From: Paraspadella gotoi | Lineage: Eukaryota > Animalia > Chaetognatha | Length of the DNA: 64,000 bases | Direction of reading: 5' to 3' | Assembly: GCA_051294375.1 (NCBI GenBank) | Contig: CM119270.1 | Location: forward strand, 18,485,382-18,549,381 | In this document: in pieces, positions 61,823 through 64,000 of the stretch | How the letters are laid out: each line of letters begins with the position of its first letter | How positions within the stretch are numbered: position 1 is the first letter of the stretch | Notes under the pieces: model-generated | Databases searched by the model: none | What the model was told of the DNA's origin: nothing | Seen by the model: only the letters and a program-made list of their open reading frames with translations | Position numbers and translations under genes: made by a program

Positions 61823-63283
61823 TCATCCAAAAATCATCGTTGCCGCCGCCAACGCGACCAACCCGAGACAAAAGTAGAAAAGGCCCCATGATTTCTTGAA
61901 GCTTTTCTCCATCAAAAACTTGGCGATCTTGAATTTGCCCTCCGTGTAAGGCGGATAACGAACGCTCATGGTCGGCTCCAACGTTAGGCTCTTGGACAAG
62001 ACGCTTCTCTTGTGACTGAAGCAATCGAAGGAGAACCACCCGTGATACATCCCCGTGCCGGAGTGGCCCACGCCGCCGAAAGGCAGCGTCTCCAGAAGGA
62101 GATGACTGATGACGTCGTTGAAGCAGACGCCGCCGGAACTCGTCTCTTGGAGGAACTTATCCTTGACCCGACGATCGTTAGAAAAGCAATAGAGCGCCAA
62201 GGGTTTCTCGTTGGCCCTGACGCGTCGAATCGCTTCCTCGGCGGAGGAGACGTCGATGATCGGCAGAATCGGGCCGAAGATCTCCTCCTTCATGACGGCG
62301 TCGTCGTCGGTGACGCCGGTCATCACCGTCGGCGCGATGTAGAGATCCTTGCGATCTCTCACCCCGCCCATCGCTACCTTCTTCTGGTCGATGAGCTTGA
62401 CGACGCGATCGAAGTGTCGTTCGTTGATCATGCGGGTGTAGTCGTTATGGCTCTGAGCGTCGGCGCCGTAGAATTCCTCCGTCGCTCGCTGGACTTCGGC
62501 GACGAACGCCTCGCGGATCTCCGGCGCGCACATGACGTAATCAGGGCTGACGCAGGTCTGGCCCGAGTTAATAAACTTTCCCCACCCGATGCAGCGGGCC
62601 GCTTTGCGGATGTCCACGGTGTCGTCGACGAAGACGGGGCTCTTGCCACCGAGTTCGAGGACGACGGGGGTGAGGTTCTTCGCCGCCGCCGCCATCACGA
62701 TCTTCCCAACCATCGAACTTCCCGTGTAAAAGATGTGGTCGAATCGCTGGGCCAACAACTCCGTCGTCTCCGGAACTCCGCCGCAAACGACGGCGAAACA
62801 CTGCGAGTCCAAATAAACGGGGATCAGCCTGGCGATCAATTCGGCAGTGGCTGGAGACAATTCCGATGGCTTCACGATGGCCACGTTGCCGGCGGCGATG
62901 GCACCGACCAAGGGAGCCAAGCACAATTGCAGCGGGTAGTTCCAGGCGCCGATGATGAGGCAAACGCCGAAAGGTTGACGCTGGATGAACGCCGTGTCGG
63001 TTTTGAAGAGGAGGCCCTTCTCGACCATTTGGGGTTCCACCCATTTGGGAAGCTCGTTGAAGGCGTGCTTGGCTTCGTTCGCCACGTACATGATCTCCAT
63101 CATATCCGCTTCGATCGAAGATTTGTGCAAATCCTTGAAGAGGGCGTCGAGCCAGAGTTGACGGTTCTCCTCCAGCATCGCCACGAGTCGTTCCAGTTGA
63201 CGTCGACGAAATTCGAGCGGCTGGGAGCGACCATCGAGGAAGGAAGCTCGCAGGGTGTTAATGATAGGGTGAGGAGACGACAT
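61823..63283 (-). CDS. ALDH3A2: aldehyde dehydrogenase family 3, fatty aldehyde dehydrogenase (ALDH3A2-like), single coding exon, 486 aa
   Basis: IGAWNYP, KPSE, FYTGSSMVG, catalytic Glu in LELGGKSP, catalytic Cys in NSGQTCVSPDY, EEIFGP, PFGGVGHSG, RYPPY, and a C-terminal hydrophobic anchor WGLFYFCLGLVALAAATMIFG. Confidence 0.93.
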   Translation of the reverse strand: MSSPHPIINTLRASFLDGRSQPLEFRRRQLERLVAMLEENRQLWLDALFKDLHKSSIEADMMEIMYVANEAKHAFNELPKWVEPQMVEKGLLFKTDTAFIQRQPFGVCLIIGAWNYPLQLCLAPLVGAIAAGNVAIVKPSELSPATAELIARLIPVYLDSQCFAVVCGGVPETTELLAQRFDHIFYTGSSMVGKIVMAAAAKNLTPVVLELGGKSPVFVDDTVDIRKAARCIGWGKFINSGQTCVSPDYVMCAPEIREAFVAEVQRATEEFYGADAQSHNDYTRMINERHFDRVVKLIDQKKVAMGGVRDRKDLYIAPTVMTGVTDDDAVMKEEIFGPILPIIDVSSAEEAIRRVRANEKPLALYCFSNDRRVKDKFLQETSSGGVCFNDVISHLLLETLPFGGVGHSGTGMYHGWFSFDCFSHKRSVLSKSLTLEPTMSVRYPPYTEGKFKIAKFLMEKSFKKSWGLFYFCLGLVALAAATMIFG

Positions 63284-63761
63284 GCTAAAGATGAAATGGG
63301 GACAAACCTAATTATAAATAAAATTATGCAGAAATATAAGTAAAGAGGAAAAAAAGAACATTTCGGAAAAAAAAAATCAGGGTTCGGAACGATCAACTAA
63401 AAAAAAACTTGTCAAATGAAAAACCAGTTTTTATTGCTCGTTTATTTTGGATCTTTAAAATCCATTTAAAAAAACCAGTTTATTACTTCGATCGATCCTT
63501 CAATCAAACGCAAATCGGTCTTCAATAAATATTCCAATTTGAGCTTATGTTATTCAGATCTGATGAAGCCCCAATTACAATAAATATGCCTAAATTAAGA
63601 CAATATTCTCTGCATAATAAAAACAAAAAAAAATTGCAATGAGCAGAAGGTGCAAGAGCGAAAAGAAGCGACGAAGACGTTTTTGGCGGTAACGAGTTGC
63701 GGCAAAAAAAAAAAAAAAAAAAAAAAAATAGGTAGAGAGGATAAACGTAACGCAGTGAGAA

Positions 63762-63866
<105 letters not shown>

Positions 63867-64000
63867 AAGGCGACACCCGACCAACTTCGGCGATCGGGTT
63901 TAATCTTCACCAATCCTCCCTATTCGATCCGATCCGCGTCGAGACCCGCGCCTTCGCTCTCAGCAGCTTTTTCATCTTTTTTTCCTTCATAATGATAACG

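Noticed and set aside
62012-63343. 443 aa + strand ORF, and similar ORFs at 42910-44226 and 53329-54051
   Set aside because: Antisense shadows of GC-rich ALDH3, TTC29 and KLC exons.

Overview
Eukaryotic (invertebrate animal-like) draft scaffold with AT-rich, (GA)n-dense introns and GC/CpG-rich exons; no prokaryotic system or CRISPR is present. Five protein-coding genes can be supported. A minus-strand SRCIN1/KIAA1217 (sickle tail, AIP3-domain) homolog, missed by the ORF track, is spread over about 6.6-29.3 kb. TTC29 (+) and a six-exon TSSK-family kinase (+) follow, then a nine-exon kinesin light chain (-) and an ALDH3/fatty aldehyde dehydrogenase (-) with an unbroken CDS. The introns of the first gene hold the most unusual structures. 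These are a 3.85 kb element bounded by inverted CACAGTG (RSS-heptamer) termini with a G-rich target duplication (Transib/Chapaev-like) and an internal ETS/CRE/TATA cluster, a ~38-copy satellite whose monomer has a tRNA-Val-like 5' motif and a hairpin fold, a MITE family with a telomere-like core, and HINE/DINE-like relics. Four 25-N gaps and indel-rich segments suggest unpolished long-read fill, so the 1.47 kb palindrome and the local duplications may be assembly artefacts.
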